DNA of 64,000 bases from Hypanus sabinus (lineage: Eukaryota), in assembly GCF_030144855.1 (NCBI RefSeq), contig NC_082714.1, forward strand, positions 35,836,001 to 35,900,000, in the 5' to 3' direction. Shown here in pieces: positions 27,001 to 41,167 of this stretch. The notes under the pieces were generated by a model. That model was not told where the DNA came from and did no database searches. It worked only from the letters and a program-made list of their open reading frames with translations. The first letter of the stretch is position 1. Every line of letters begins with the position of its first letter. The position numbers and the translations under genes were made by a program.

Positions 27001-28804
27001 CAACTTTCAGGTTTGATTTATGTGGTTAATTGAGAATCCATAATCAATGATCAGTCCAATTATCTCATTGTCATTGATCTGCCTGTCAGAAAGGGAAGCA
27101 TTTGCCCCCTTTCTGGATGAGGTCTGGCCCACAATTCCAAAGCAGCATGTTGAACTTCATATTATCTTTCATAGAAGACATTAAACTTGGGATCCAACTG
27201 CATTTACAGATGAGTGTAACAGATCATTTCGTGCTCTTATAAACAAAAAATGGTGTTCAAACAGTTGGGATTAGTACCTTTATAACAGTGTGATCATCCA
27301 AAACTCAACTGCTTACATCTTCATTTGCATGTATAAGCAATATCTCAAGTTCAATTTGCATACTTGTTTTCAAATTCCTCCATTACCTCCTTCCCATACC
27401 TATAACCTACTTCAATCCACCAAAAAGCATCAGTGTTTGCACTTTCCAATTCTGGCCTCTTGATCATACTTGGAAAGGTGTGTCACTTGTGTGTTTCATA
27501 TTCTTTTCCAAAAAGAATCAAATTTAAATTCCTGGGCACCCATGCTAAGAGGTCAATGTGGTTGTGTAGGGGCAATGGCGCTGGACTAACACATTTAGAG
27601 AAATTAAATTTGAATACTCTGTTGGCATTTTGTTAATCTAATCCAGATCTTCAAGGCACAAGTATCAAATTACGTCAAAAGGTATAAATGATTGATATTA
27701 ATAAATGGTGAGTAACAGAGTCCAACCACCACTCCTTTTCAATCTCTACACCAGTAACATTCCAGCAACCACATGGCACAAATTCATCCAACTCCCTAAG
27801 GTAGTAGAACAGACACACAATGGAGACCTCCAAATGCTGGAGTACATTGTCTAGATACAACACTTGAAATTCAATGCAGCTAAAACATTAATCTTCATAT
27901 TCCACTCTAAGAACACCGAGGCTATCAGATCCATATGAGATTCTGTGGTGTTTCCTTCACACAGGATTTTGGACCCAAGTAACTGGGCTCAGATTAACTA
28001 AGATACTCAGATGCTAGCATCTTTCAGGCGTAAAAGTACCAGCAGAAACCATGTGGGGAAATGTTGTCCAAACACTCTGAAAATTTACACCAACTCTTGT
28101 CCCACAATCAGGTGCTCCTTAACCTGACATAAGAACTCACATGTAAAACTTATCAACAGATACATCAGTGCTATAGAAATATTCAGGAGAAAAGCACACA
28201 AAATGAAACATACACGAAGGACTTGGTCTTGGCCCAAAAAGTCAACTGTTGATTCTTCTCTATGGATGCTACCTGACCTGTGTGTGTTACGCTGGATTTC
28301 CAGCACCTATAGAAACTCTTGTGGTTGTATTCAGGGGAAATCTCAGTGCAGCTCAGCTATCATGACCGCTAGTTGTCTTCATCCTCCCAACATCAGGAAA
28401 GAAGCTACTCTACTCGATCTTCAAATATGCACAAGCAAACCAACTGAAGCCCCACAGAGCTGATGGAAATGGAAATACCACTGTTGCCCAAAAGTATGTC
28501 TGCAACCAATTGTGAAAAAGCTCAATAGCTGTGACATCGTAAACAAGGACAGAATTGAAGATCTTGGAATCACTCCCAAACCACCCACAACAGCAGCGGC
28601 TATCACCTTTACAAATGGAAAGGTGACTTACATTTCCATCACCTTGCTGCAGCCACAGTGAAAAACAATCTCTTCATCACTGACTACTAGATGTTTGCAC
28701 AGGAGATAACAAAGCTATACATCAAACAGCCTTGTATTTATTCTTTTGTTTATAGGATAGAAATATTGCCAGCAGTATTTATTGCACGTCCTAAATATAA
28801 AGAT

Positions 28805-29330
28805 CAACATTCAAGATTGCTCAATGTCATTTCCAGTACACAAGTGTAAAGGAGAACAAAATAATCGTTACCCCGGATCTGATGCAGCATATAAAAAACA
28901 CACTAAGATAAATAACACAATAAATATAAATACATAAGATATCTATACGCAAAGATTGAGATCTATACACAAAGATGCACAAGGTGCAGGAGTCTCTACA
29001 TAGGGTAACTCTGATAGGAAATTATAAAAGAGTCATGGTGGAAGGGTAGTGGTGGAGTGGGTTAGTAGTTGGAAGCGTTGATCAGTCCTACTGCTTGGGG
29101 AAAGTCACTGTTTTTGAATCTCGTGGTCCTGGTGTGGATGCTATGTAGCCTCCTTCCTGATGGAAATGGGACAAACAGTCCATGAACAGGGTGGGTGAGA
29201 TCCTTCATGATATTGTTGGCCCTTTTCTTCTATACCATTCTGTACATATATCCTTGATGTGGGTAGGCTGATGCTGGTGATGCATTGGGCAGTTTTGACT
29301 ACCCATTGTAAAGTCTTTTAAATACCCTTT
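28805..29330 (-). mobile_element. Rex1-related LINE 3' fragment
   Basis: caagatt-type tail; QNCPMHHQHQPTHIKDIC..RKG C-terminal remnant. Confidence 0.55.
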
Positions 29331-29339
29331 AAACAGCTG

Positions 29340-29740
29340 CTGTCCATGAAGGTTGAAGGATGGGTATGGGGCTTTGTTAGAGCCACGGTGAATTGCTAGT
29401 GGAAAAGGCTTCAGGACAGGATGAATGCTAGTTCTATGGTTTGTTCTGGATGGTGAACCGCTTTGCATGTTGTTGGAATCGCACATGCAACCAAGTGTAG
29501 AGTATTCGCAATCACTCTCAACTTGTGCCTTGTAAACGTAGGACTGCTTTGGAGAGTCAGTAGATGAGCCACTCGCTGCAGGATACATGAGCCAATGAAC
29601 ACTACACGAGAATCAGTGAGCACTTCCACTTCTGACCTTGTGGCGGAAGCATAGTTGTGCAAAAACACTGGCCCATAGCAATGTCTTCAGAGATAAAGTA
29701 GTTGATGTCTAGCAGCCTCAGCATTGGATACGCTTGAGAA
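29340..29740 (-). mobile_element. Decayed L2/Crack-group LINE fragment
   Basis: ILQRVAHLLT..YKAQV..EYS remnant. A related upstream RT remnant (MGP..ELAAPLAKLFQ) lies near 30690-30800. Confidence 0.5.
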
Positions 29741-29862
29741 GGCAAATACTGGAAACTGAAGCAACAAATGAGAATAAAATGGAACTTAGCAAAGCCAGCA
29801 GTTTACATTGAGGAAAACTTTCCTCCATAGATGCTGCCTGACTTGTTGAGTTCCTTCAACAT

Positions 29863-30190
29863 CTTAGAACATAGATCATTACAGCACAATACAGGCTCTT
29901 CGTCCTTTTGACCCACAATGTTGTGCTGACCTTTTAATCTACTCTAAGATCAATCTAACCCTCCTACATAGCCCTCCATTTTTCTGTCATCTGTGTTCCT
30001 ATCTAAGAATTCTTTTAATTACCTGAAGTATCTGCCTCCACCCCCATCTCTGGCTGGATGTTCCACTCACACACCACTCTGTGAAAAAAATCCTACCTCT
30101 GAAATCCACCCAGTACTCTCCTCCAATCACCTTAAAATTATGCCCCCTTATGTTAGCCATTTCTGCTCTGGAAAATCTTGTTTGTAACCT
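29863..30190 (-). mobile_element. CR1 3' fragment
   Basis: agaacatagatcattacagcacaatacaggc terminus; RGHNFKVIGG. Confidence 0.75.
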
Positions 30191-32101
30191 CAATCATAAT
30201 CTTCAAATGAAGTTTGATTCCAACCAGTGGAGTGTTATCTTTTGTTTCTAATTTACTTTGGTTTAATCAACCGTACAGTCAATGGCTGCCTTTGTGGCAA
30301 GAGCAATTACTCTCACATCAGCTCTGAAATTCACCTCTTTGATTGCTATGTTTATTTCAGATTTCCAAAGTCTGTAATATCTTGTTTTCCAATTCAATAT
30401 TTTACAGTTTTTCTTTTTTGCTTTTATTCTCTCTCTCTCTCTTATTCATCTCCTCCCACTCACAGGTCTCTAGATAGATCAGTTCTTGTTAAAAAAAAAG
30501 TTACATCACCTCTCTCAGCCAGTACCACCTCAGCTAGTGTTACTTGATCTCTCTTGGACACCAATTCTAATGAAACATTCTCTTAGCTCTCTCCACCTTT
30601 TTTCTGCAATTTAAGACAAGTTCAATTTCTAACTTTGCTCAGTTCTAATGAACAGTCGTTGAGTTGGCTCAGCATCTGTCTCCAACTTTTCACGATGTTG
30701 GATAATTGCCAGGGCTGTATCTGCACTGGAATAGCTTGGCTAGGGGGCAGCTAGTTCCAGAATGTTTCTGCTGCACCACAGCAAGGTGCCTGGTCCCATA
30801 GACATTATGGTATCTGATGCGCTCTGCTGAGTGAATTGGGAGTGAATTAAACACCATTGTCCACTTGGCAGTTCAAGCAGGAGTCAGCTAGAAATGCCTT
30901 ACCTTTGCCTTTGGACTTCTGCCATCTTTCTGATTGGAACTTTCTTGGAACCTTCACCAAATCAATAACTACTAAATCGGCCACCAGGTTTCTCAACAAC
31001 AATTGGCAGGAATAGATAGTTTTGGTCTGACCCTTTGGTTGAGTTTGTTTAGTTCTGTTTGGAGTTATGCTGGTTGGCACATGCAAAACCCTGTGCTGCA
31101 CCTTCACCAGATGGCACATCTTTAGTCAGTATACCAGCTGCAACTATGCTCTTCAGTAGTCCACTGAGAATTACGTTTGGTCATTTAGTTTAATAAATGT
31201 GTGATAACATGGAACAAGGAACATGTGCCAGATTCAGAGGCATAGTAAACGGTGAGGTCCCGATCCTGTTGATGGCCTACGTTGCATCATGGATGTCTGG
31301 TAATGAGCTGCCAGGGTATCTTCTATCTCTCCTGCTTACAACGGAAGGTGTGAAAGAAAGGTGTATCTCTCCACAATGTCCAATCAGTGGTTGTACTTAA
31401 AAATATTGTCATAATAAGCACTTGCAACAGGAAGATTGCTGAGGACAATGCAACCTGATTTAACCCTCATATTTTCTCACCATCTGAAGCTATGGCAAAT
31501 GGCTAGGTCAAATTGATCTCTTCTGATGCCATTTCTGGCTCTGGGATTTGAAATCTTCTATCTAGAATATATTCTTCACCCTTGTTACTCACAATGCTTC
31601 TTTCCGCGTTTCTCAACATGGAAATTTGCTGGTTTATTATCTTGTAAAGAATGGCAAGAAGAATGCTTCCCTATCCTAACTTAACTTTGTATCATTAGTT
31701 CTTAATCGGGTCTGAAATAATTGTGGATTATTTTCTGGAGCTACTCCTCTCTCCTGTGCCTCTGTGTCGCCATTTCTGGTGGCAGGACAGGGTGCACCCA
31801 ATGATTGTGTTAGACCTTGGCTATCAAGGAGAAGGACTTTTCATGGTCGTCTATGACCACATCCACTGTTGCTGTTCATTCTGGGTGGTCTAATGTATCT
31901 CAAGGTAACATTTTGATAAAACCAATAGACTTAAGAACAGACGATTAAAAATACACCTGCTTTCTCTGAATCTGAGGTCACATATGTGCATTGGCAAAAA
32001 GATGTCCTGCACTGAAGTACACTGAAGCTATTGAATGGATTGCAAAGTTCAACATTTGTTCATAGTTTCTTTGTCAGCTGTTTTTCAAATGCTAAATGAA
32101 T

Positions 32102-33178
32102 AATAACTTATCTCTTCCATTTCACGCACGTCTGCTCTTACTCCATCCTCCCGCCACCCTAGCAGGGATAGGGTTCCTCTCGTCTTCAGCTACCACCCCA
32201 CAAACCTCCGCGTCCTGCACATAATTCTCTGAAACTTGTACCACCTCCAATGAAATTCCACCAGCAAGCTCATCTTCCCCCCCCACCACTCCACTTTCTG
32301 CTTTCCGCAGGGATCACTCCCTACACAACTCCCTTATCCATTCGTCCCTCCCCACTGATCTCCCTCTTGGCACTTATCCTTGCAAGCAGAACAAGTGCTA
32401 CACCTGACCCTACACCTCCTCCCTCACTGCTATTCAGGGCCCAAAACAGTCCTTCCAGGTGAGGTGACACTTCACCTGTAAGTCTGTTGGGGTTATTTAC
32501 CATGCTTGGTGCTCCTAGTGTGGCCTCCTGTATATTGGTGAGGTCCGATGTAAATGGGGAGCCCACTTTCCTGAGCATCTACACTCCGTCTGACAGAAGA
32601 ACTGGGATCTCCCAATGGCCACCCATTTTAATTCCACTTCCCATTCCAATTCTGAATGGCCATGTCCATCCATGGCCTTCCCCACTGTTGTGATGAGGCC
32701 ACACTTTGGTTGAAGGAACAACACCTTATATTCCTTTTAGGTAACCTCCAACCTGATGGCATGAACATTGATTTCTCAAACTTCCAGTAATGACCCCCAA
32801 CCCCTTCTCCTTCACCATTTCCCATCCCCTTTTCCCTCTCTCACCTTATCTCGTTGCCTGCCTATTGCCTCCCTCTGGTGCTCTTTCCCCTCTTTACTTT
32901 CTTCCACAGCCTTCTGTCTCTTTCACCAATCAACTTCCCAGCTCTTTACTTCATCCCTCCCACTTCTGGTTTCACCTGTCACCTTGTGTTTCTCTCTCCC
33001 CTCCTCCCACCTTTTCAATCTACTCCTCAGCTTTTTTGTCTCCAGTCCTGCCAAAGGGTTTCAGCCCGAAACATCGACTGTACTTCTTTCCATGGATGCT
33101 GCCTGGCCTGCTGAGTTCCTCCAGCATTTTGTGTGTGTTGCTTGAATTTCCAGCATCTGCAGATTTCCTCTTGTTTGT
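32102..33178 (+). mobile_element. Penelope-like element (Neptune type): GIY-YIG endonuclease region plus pLTR
   Basis: Cys linker (CKQNKCYT), FTC.SVGVIY..LLYIGE..FLSI.., HFNSTSH, LQPDGMNIDFSNF. pLTR contains cagtc-ctgccaa-agggtttcagccc-gaaac-atc-gactg. Confidence 0.88.
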
Positions 33179-34854
33179 GATTTTACCACAGAGTTGCGAG
33201 ATTGTAGCAAAGAAAATCTGACTTTATCAAAGTTTTTCCAGGTCTCTGAAGCTACGTGAGCTGTAGGGAAATGTAATCCCAATCCATTGTTAACTGCCCT
33301 GTAAAGTGAGCCAGTCAGCTCCTCAATACATCAAAACCAGTACAAGGTGCAGTCTGAAAAGAGGGCACATCATCATCTTCTTCCAGGAAAGACAGGGCAA
33401 GAGGTGGTGCTGCCATGCAGATCCAGGTACCACGGTTGGTTCCTACTCTCTCAGGTGTTGCTCACATTCTCCCACATCCCGGAGATATACTGGTAGCTTA
33501 ATCAGCCAGTTTCTGAATTACCCCTAATGTAGTTAATTGGCAGACAAATAAGGGGAGGTGGTGGAATCTGTGAGAAAATGGGCCAAAGGAAGTAAGTCGG
33601 GAATGGTACTAGGTGTTGGCATAGACAACGTGCTGAATGGCCTTCTATATGGTAAGAAATGGTTTGGTACAGGCTAGATGGGCCAAAGGGCCTGCTTTGT
33701 GCAGTATTTTTCTACGACTCTAAACACATCATCTTCAACATTGGGTCACATTATCAGCCTGACCCTCTGCCTTCCCACACTCTTATTCCTAGAACAGTGA
33801 CATGAAAGAACAGTTCGCTCATTGGGTCTTTATCATCAATATCCCATCACTCATCTTGGCTCCTTTCTATGGTCAATGCTGTGACGATGGGTTTATTCCC
33901 TTGAAGTTTGATCTGATGAATTGCGTAAAACAATTTTTAAAAAATTGATATGCAGATAATGAGAAACTAAAGTTGCCTTACAGAAAAATGCAGACCTGTG
34001 GAACATGACCATAAAATTAAGGCCAGGCTGTTCAGTAATGAAAGCAGTCAACTCCCCAGTAGTAGAGGCTGGAGTCACTCACCAGACAGAGTAAGAAAGC
34101 TGAAGCACATTCAACACCAACTGGCAGCTACTATTAGAACAGTTTCTAGTCAAACTAACCAAGTAAATTATCTTAAATCATTCCTGTTCTATCTCAACTC
34201 ATTGAGGCCATGGTACCTGGGGCTTCCTTGGTTTCAATGGCTCAGTGTGGAGACACGACAGTGAGGCAATTGAGTTTCCATTTTATTATGATACCATATT
34301 ACCTGATTACCAGAGAAATAAAAATCTTCTTTTAATAGCTTTAATACCATAGCTGTTAGGGAACTCAATAGAATTCTTCCCAATCTGAGAGTGTTGAGAA
34401 TTCATGAAAGGAGTGGCCGTGATTATAGCATTATGTTAGGGACACCAGATGGAGAAAAGCATATACAGTAATAAGCTAATAGAATGAATTAGATGAAAGG
34501 AAACTCAGGTGGAGCATTAAATTGCCATGGCCCATTTGATCTGAATAGCCTGTTTCTGTGCTGTATCCTCTTTTTTTTTGAATCAGATTGGATTTGAATC
34601 AAAGTTGTTAATTTGCTCAAGGGCACCACCTTGTGGTGCACGCAGCATTTGTCAACATGAATCATTTTAACCAGTGCAGATGCACTTCATAAACTGCATA
34701 GCATCTATAAAGATGCAGAAACAGTTTATCTCTCTATTTGTAGAACTAAATGGAAAATGTAAAGACAAAATTATCACTATTTGTTTTATTCCTCTGGTAA
34801 CTACATCATATTAAAGCATGGAGGTGCTATGAAAGTGTCAAAAATATCCACAAG

Positions 34855-35430
34855 ATTAATGATAATGATAGATACTTTATTGATCCCAAAGGAAATTACA
34901 GTGTCACAGTAACATTACAAGTGCACAGGTATACAAATATTAGAAGAGGAGTAAGAAAGAATAAAAAATAAATTACCTCAAACCGTCTAACAGGAGGGGG
35001 TCATCACTTCCCCGGGTATAGTTTGACTCATTATAGAGCCTAATGGCCAAAGATAGGAATGACCTCATATAGTGCTCTGTAGAGCAGCACAATTGTCTTA
35101 GCCTATTACTAAAAGTGATCCACTGTTCAGCCAAGGTGGCATCTGGAGGGTGAGAAACATTGTCCAGAATTGCCAGGATTTTCCAGAGGGTCCTTTGTTC
35201 TACCACAGCCTCCAGTGTGTCCAGTTTGTCTCCTATAACACAGCCAGACTTTCTAATCAGTTTATTGAGCCTGTTGGCATCACCCATGTTGATGCCATTG
35301 CATAGAAGATAGTACTGACGACAACAGGCTGGTAGAACATATGAAGGAGAGGCCTGCGTACTCCAAGGGACCTCAGTCTCCTCAGGAATTAGAAGAGACT
35401 CTGGCCCTTCTTGTACACAGCCTCCACTCA
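34855..35430 (-). mobile_element. Rex1/Babar LINE 3' fragment
   Basis: NRLNKLIRKSGCVIG..ILDNVSHP..FSNRLRQLCC..RSFLSLAIRLYN; tail gataatgatagata. Confidence 0.85.
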
Positions 35431-36279
35431 AGTCTCTCACCTAGGTGTATCCAGACTGATATCAGACCTGGTATTTCCAAAGCATTGCAGTAAGATAATC
35501 TGATAGTGTTTCTTAAAATTACATAGCTGTTCAATGGGATTGATGAAAAAGACATTTCCATTGTTGGGTAAACCAAAACAAGATTATAAATTTAAGGAAC
35601 ATTTGAAATGTTGAGAATTTTTGGTTTAACTCAGGACCGTTTTTCCATTTTCTTTTTAAATTAGAAGTCAGTGAAGTCAAATTTGTTTAAGGCTCAACTA
35701 TATCAAAACAATAACAAGCCACGGGCCAATGTGACAACTCAGTGTATTGATTCTCTGAAGCTGTTCCATGATTTGATTACACTTACCTTATTTCAAAGGA
35801 ATGTTACAGTTGGACCATTGACTTGTCGATAATCGAGGGCCATAACTCTACTTCCTTTAAGGAAGAAGTGGATTACATTATATGTTCTAGCTTCGTAATC
35901 AAAGATGCTCAGGAATGGAATTTACTTTAGAAAATGCCAGGAAATGGGTTTAGCAACGAAAGTGATGTTCAAACAGGGACTGGATAAATATACGAGGGGA
36001 AAGAACTTTCAGGGTTAAGGGGAGAGTGCAGAAGAGTGGAACTGATCTCATGCAGAACTTGTGTAAATACAGTTAAGACTCGGCCTGTTCTGTGACTCAG
36101 AAATGTGGACTGATGTTTGTTGACTGGGACATTCATCTCCAGCAGGAAACTGTTCAAGAAGTTACTGGTAGGCTTCAATCTCTGGAGTGAAATTTCTGGA
36201 GAAAGAACAAGGAGTGCAGGGCAGTAAAACAGGTACCGATAACTGGTGAGTGTCAGGAATACACAGAGACCGAAATTTA

Positions 36280-36720
36280 ACATATTGAGATAAGAATTGG
36301 GTTTATTATCATTGACATACGTCATGAAATGTGTTGTTTTGCAGTGTTAGTACAGTGCAAGACGAAATTATAATTTACAAAATTAAATAAATATTGCACA
36401 AGATAAAATATGAGGTAGTGCTCAAGGGAGCATGGACCATTAAGAAATCAGATGGCAGAAGGGAAGAAATTATTCTCAAAATGTTGAGAGTGGATATTCA
36501 TGTTACAATATCAATCATATTAAGGTGACCAGGACATGTTTTAGTTGGTAGGGGTCTTCATTGATAGATGACGCTTTCTTGAGACTCCGCCTCTTGAAGA
36601 TGTCCTCAGTGTTGGGAAGGGCTGTGGCTCTGATGGAACTAGCTGAATCTACAATCCTCCGCAATCTTTTGAAGTGCTGTGCATTGGTGTCTCCGTACTA
36701 AGCAGAGATGAAACCAGTAT
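36280..36720 (-). mobile_element. Decayed Rex1-type LINE 3' end
   Basis: ggtttattatcattgacata terminus; KRRSLKKASSINEDP-like remnant. Confidence 0.55.
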
Positions 36721-38906
36721 TCCTAACATGAGTGCCCTGAACATCAGTCTGCAAATCCAAGACCGGTCAAGAGGGATAGCAATCCTTGCAGGTGCTAGAC
36801 AATTGTTATAGGGGGCGGGGTCACAGGATTCATAGGTCTCATATTTTATGACAACAGAAGTTATAAGCTGTGGGTGAGATATGGTCCCAAAATAATTAAG
36901 TAATAAACATTAAAACATGTTTTGTGAAAAGTCAAATGAACTGCATGTGCTGAAAATCTGAAGTACAAAAAGTAAATGCTAGAAACACTCAGCAAGTCAA
37001 GCAGCATCTGGAAGGAAAATGTTTTACCCCACAAAACATTTAAGTACTGTTTCAGTGTAATTCATGGTATAGTCTGTCTTGCAAATCGCTTGATTCACAA
37101 TAACAACTCCCCCACACTTGGCCCCACTCACCTCCTTCCTTCCATTCTCACTCTCGTCTCCAGGGGTCTTTGTCAGCGCGGCAAGTGGGCTAAAGTTAGT
37201 TCCTCAACTATAGAATCTGTTCTAAATCCAAAACTATTCATTCCCAAGTGCATTTAGGTGCTTTTTTGCTGCTTTGCCCCATTTGAAAACAATCAGACCT
37301 AGATATTCAAGAAAGGCTGTGATATAAAACATCTGGCTCGTAGATGACTAAATTTAAATGTGAGTATTACGACCTGCTCTCATCAGACCAACATGAATTG
37401 ATGGGAGTACATACTTAAACCTTATATGTACTTGTGTGGCAATTCTGCTGGTGTGTGTAATGCTTATCCTAACCACACGGTGGAGCCAATGAGACAGAAA
37501 CGCATCACATCCCAGTTAAATTCCATTTTTACTCAGCCAGCTTAAGGACACACTGATGACCAATTTTTTTAAATTCTTGATTAAAACATTTCCTAAGTTG
37601 AAGCATACAGTACATACTGTAAATAATGAGATTTTCTGTAGCCTTTTTAAAAAATATATTGTTAAACGATTGAAAAATATTTTTCAATTTACGTAAGATT
37701 TCTAGATTTAACACTTACTGTGACATTTTGTTATTAACAGAGATGGCATTACTGTCAGCCGTTCAATCCTAAATTAAGTTTACAAGGCACGCCCAGCAAA
37801 CATAAGTACTCTATGGCTTCAAAGTTTGGCTCGGCAGACCACCAATGGCCTTTCTGTTCTAAAGTGGTGTCTGAAAGAATGGGATAAGTGGCCCCAGAAG
37901 GAGCTGCTCTCCTCAGCACGAAGCAACGTTTGTGTAATCTGGCCTGACTGAAGACCCGCCAGGTGCTGCAGCCATAACTGCAATCAAAGTGGATATCATA
38001 GTAACCACAATTATGGTCATCTGGGAGCTTTCATTTGCAGCTGGGGATGTTTGCAACATTACAGTAGGTGGTTCATTTGTGTGTGGTGCACTTGGCACTG
38101 TCTGAGATCAGAAACAAATTCAGCGGTAATGGCACTTGTAGGCACACTGGTACAATTTTTACCCTGCCTTCAAAGTCAGTAAATTTCTTCCAACACTGCA
38201 TCCAGAACTTCTGGTTTATACCCAGCATTGGTCCCCACTACTATCTCTTCCCACTGTCTTTTGGCGATGACTGGTGAAAGCCTCATTGTTCACAGTGCCA
38301 ATTTCCCCTCTCCAGCTTTCCCTATCCTCTATCAAGGCCTTCAGTTCCAAGGGCTGACCTGCTTTCTTCTACACCGCCATTTATCTTCTCTTTCTTCAAA
38401 ATGCCCTCTTTAAGTTAACTTTAAGTAGTGTAGGCTGGCAGCTCACATATTAGCCAGGGGTGGAGCATGCGGTTTTCTACAGACCTGTTAGCACTGCCAG
38501 CATAGGAATCAATAGGAAGCACCAAGAGAGCATGCTGCCTCCATCAAAATCCCAGGAGGGTTGAGAATACACTGCAATCCATTTTCCTGTTTGGGGGACA
38601 TGGAGGATGGTCTACCAAATTCAGTCCCATCCATTGGCATCACAGTTGAGAACATATTCATTGAAGCCCATGGAAAGACTCAATTGATCAGTCAGCAGTC
38701 ATAGGGAGGGTAGCAGGGCTAACCTTTTAGGTCAATGACCTATCATTCAATGGCACCACATGACGAATGATCCAAAGAAAGGGTCTTCAATCCCAAGGCA
38801 TTCAGTTTAGTCACATCAGGACTGTTTGCCAATGGAGATCCTTGGGGAAAGCATTAGTGATGGGTCCTTATATGTCTAAGAGGGCTAGTATTTAGTCTAA
38901 TAATGA

Positions 38907-39690
38907 TGTGGTGTGATGGACATGGACTGTGCCTTTAAAGAGGGGGGGGGAGAGAGAGAGAGAGAAAGAGAAACTGACTACAGTACTGCTACCTGCTTCT
39001 AGGTTGCTATGGAGAGGGTAGAGCTATATGATGGACAGTTGATGTTTACATAGGCTTACAGTGCCTTTGGACTTATACAAGGACACTTTCGGCACACAGT
39101 CAGAGTCACAGCTGGAATTGACCATGGAAGGACACCAGTGACAGAAGAGTCATTGGATGGAATTTTCGAGTGCCCACAAGTGGGTTGAGGATCGATCAGG
39201 AGAATCAATCAGTAGCTATCACGGTGTGTAGAAGGGCTGACCCTGTGGAGGCTACTGGTGTGTTTACCCTTGCCTGGGTGGTAGTTTTCCCTTGAAGATG
39301 GTACCTTAGTGATAAGCTACGTTTGGCTAACTCAAGAGTGGATTCGGAGTCCGACGACGGAAGACCAATGACACCTGTTTATTCGTTCTTGGATTTCACC
39401 TTGGCTTACAGATACCTCTCTCTTTCACCCTGCCCCTCACCATCTCCATGCATTGAACTGAACTTTCTTACAGTACCATCGTAAGACCTTAAACCTTGCC
39501 ACCTGAGCTTAAACGAGTTTGGGAATTATGCTTACACATATATACGCATAACACTGCTAACTTGTGATTTACCTGGTTTAAGTTACTATGTTAAAGAGTT
39601 ACTAATAAATAGTGGTTTTTAGCATCAAAACCAGACTCCAGGTGTGGTCTATTGCTGTTGGTTTATTTAAACCATTGTGTGTAAGTAACA
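38907..39690 (+). mobile_element. Probable solo LTR
   Basis: Starts TG, ends gtaagTAACA, AATAAA near 39604, G/GA run in the U3-like part. TSD imperfect (gatg/catg), so the left boundary is uncertain. Confidence 0.55.
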
Positions 39691-41167
39691 CATGCAAATT
39701 AAAAATATTGATTGTAAATGTCACCTTGTGGACATTGTTAAAATTAAAGAAAATTTCCATTCCTATCCCAAAGAATGTTCAACATGAATCCTGTTTTCTT
39801 GCCTCTTACATATCTTCTTATTCATTGTCCTCCTCCCAGAAAGGGGCAGTATTAATTGTTTATCACATCCACTTCACAAAATACTTGCCTGAAAGTTTCA
39901 AGTTGTGGACAAGGCAAATGTTCACACTACCTTTACCCCTACATCCCCCTTCCCTCTCCTCACTCCCCAGTTAGAAGCCCAAACCAAACTTACACTCCAC
40001 CATTTCAACAGCCTTGTTCTGTGAGAACAAGTTTCCACCTAGCTCATAAAACTAGACAATTGACGAATCAGATCAAGAGTGAGAGATTAGATGAGGGGGA
40101 GGAGTTCATGCTATAAATATTCAAGGTTTCAGGGGTTATTTACTTTGAAAATGTTTTGTTGAAGTTTATAACTTTGGGCTGCTCGGTCGCTGTTCTGACC
40201 TTTGCATCTGAACTTTGTACTTAGGCTTCTCCGACCAGCTTGATGTCAGATTAATGGCTGCAGCAAGCACACTCCATTTAATCCTGGAATAAAACTGTTA
40301 ATAGCAAAATAAATCACGAATGTCATTGCGAAGGATACTAGGCACATACTGTATACTGTTTGTAATGCCAATTTCCTAATGCTTTTCCGGCCACTGAAGT
40401 ACCTTTGAAACACATTGACTGTGAGCAATGCACGAGTGAAAGTCAATTTTCACACAAATGGGCCTCAGAAACAGCAAATGATAATAGATCATCTGTTTTT
40501 GTTTACATCCACTTGCCAGGATAATTTTCCCTTTTTCTAAACCGTGCTTATATTCCACCTGGAGAGCAAACAGCCCATGGGTGTGCTTGACTGGAACAGT
40601 TGAGTGCTTTAATGATCCTTGTTGGCTCTGGGCTTCCACAGAGAAATCATCCGCAGTTAGAAATCAGAGAATTTGGCAGGTTTTGGAAACAAATCAGTAA
40701 CCTGAATCAGATTCCCATTATTTCAGAATTTGTGACTTCACTGCTATGGAATACTGAGTCTGGCTGAAAACTGAAGAGAAGTTTGTAGTGACACAGATAT
40801 TGTCAATCACTTCAACCTTCCCTCACAGTAGTTGCCATTTGAATTGGCTGCATGAGTATCTTCATAACAGACTGTACAAACTTCCTAAGAGCTGCTCTCT
40901 TTGTTGATACTCCACGCTGTTCACTTGTCTCAGAGTGAGTTAAACACCACTCAGAGTTCAATGTAGATTCAAGATAAACTGGAAGTGACAACAGGGTATC
41001 AGTCTTCAATAAAAGTGATGGTTGTGTAGCCCAAGTATAAATCTTTGACATTAAGCGGCACATTTCAAACAAAGAAATGCTGCACTCTCACTCTATATTA
41101 CAGTCTCTGATGAATACGCAGCATCCATGTCTGAAACACCAGACTCAAAAAAGTTACTTCTTCCAAG

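Noticed and set aside
40246-40446. Hydrophobic 66-aa ORF, possible GPCR fragment (GPR146 and GPER1 are nested in C7orf50 in human)
   Set aside because: No GPCR motifs, too short for these single-exon receptors, and it lies outside the C7orf50 introns.
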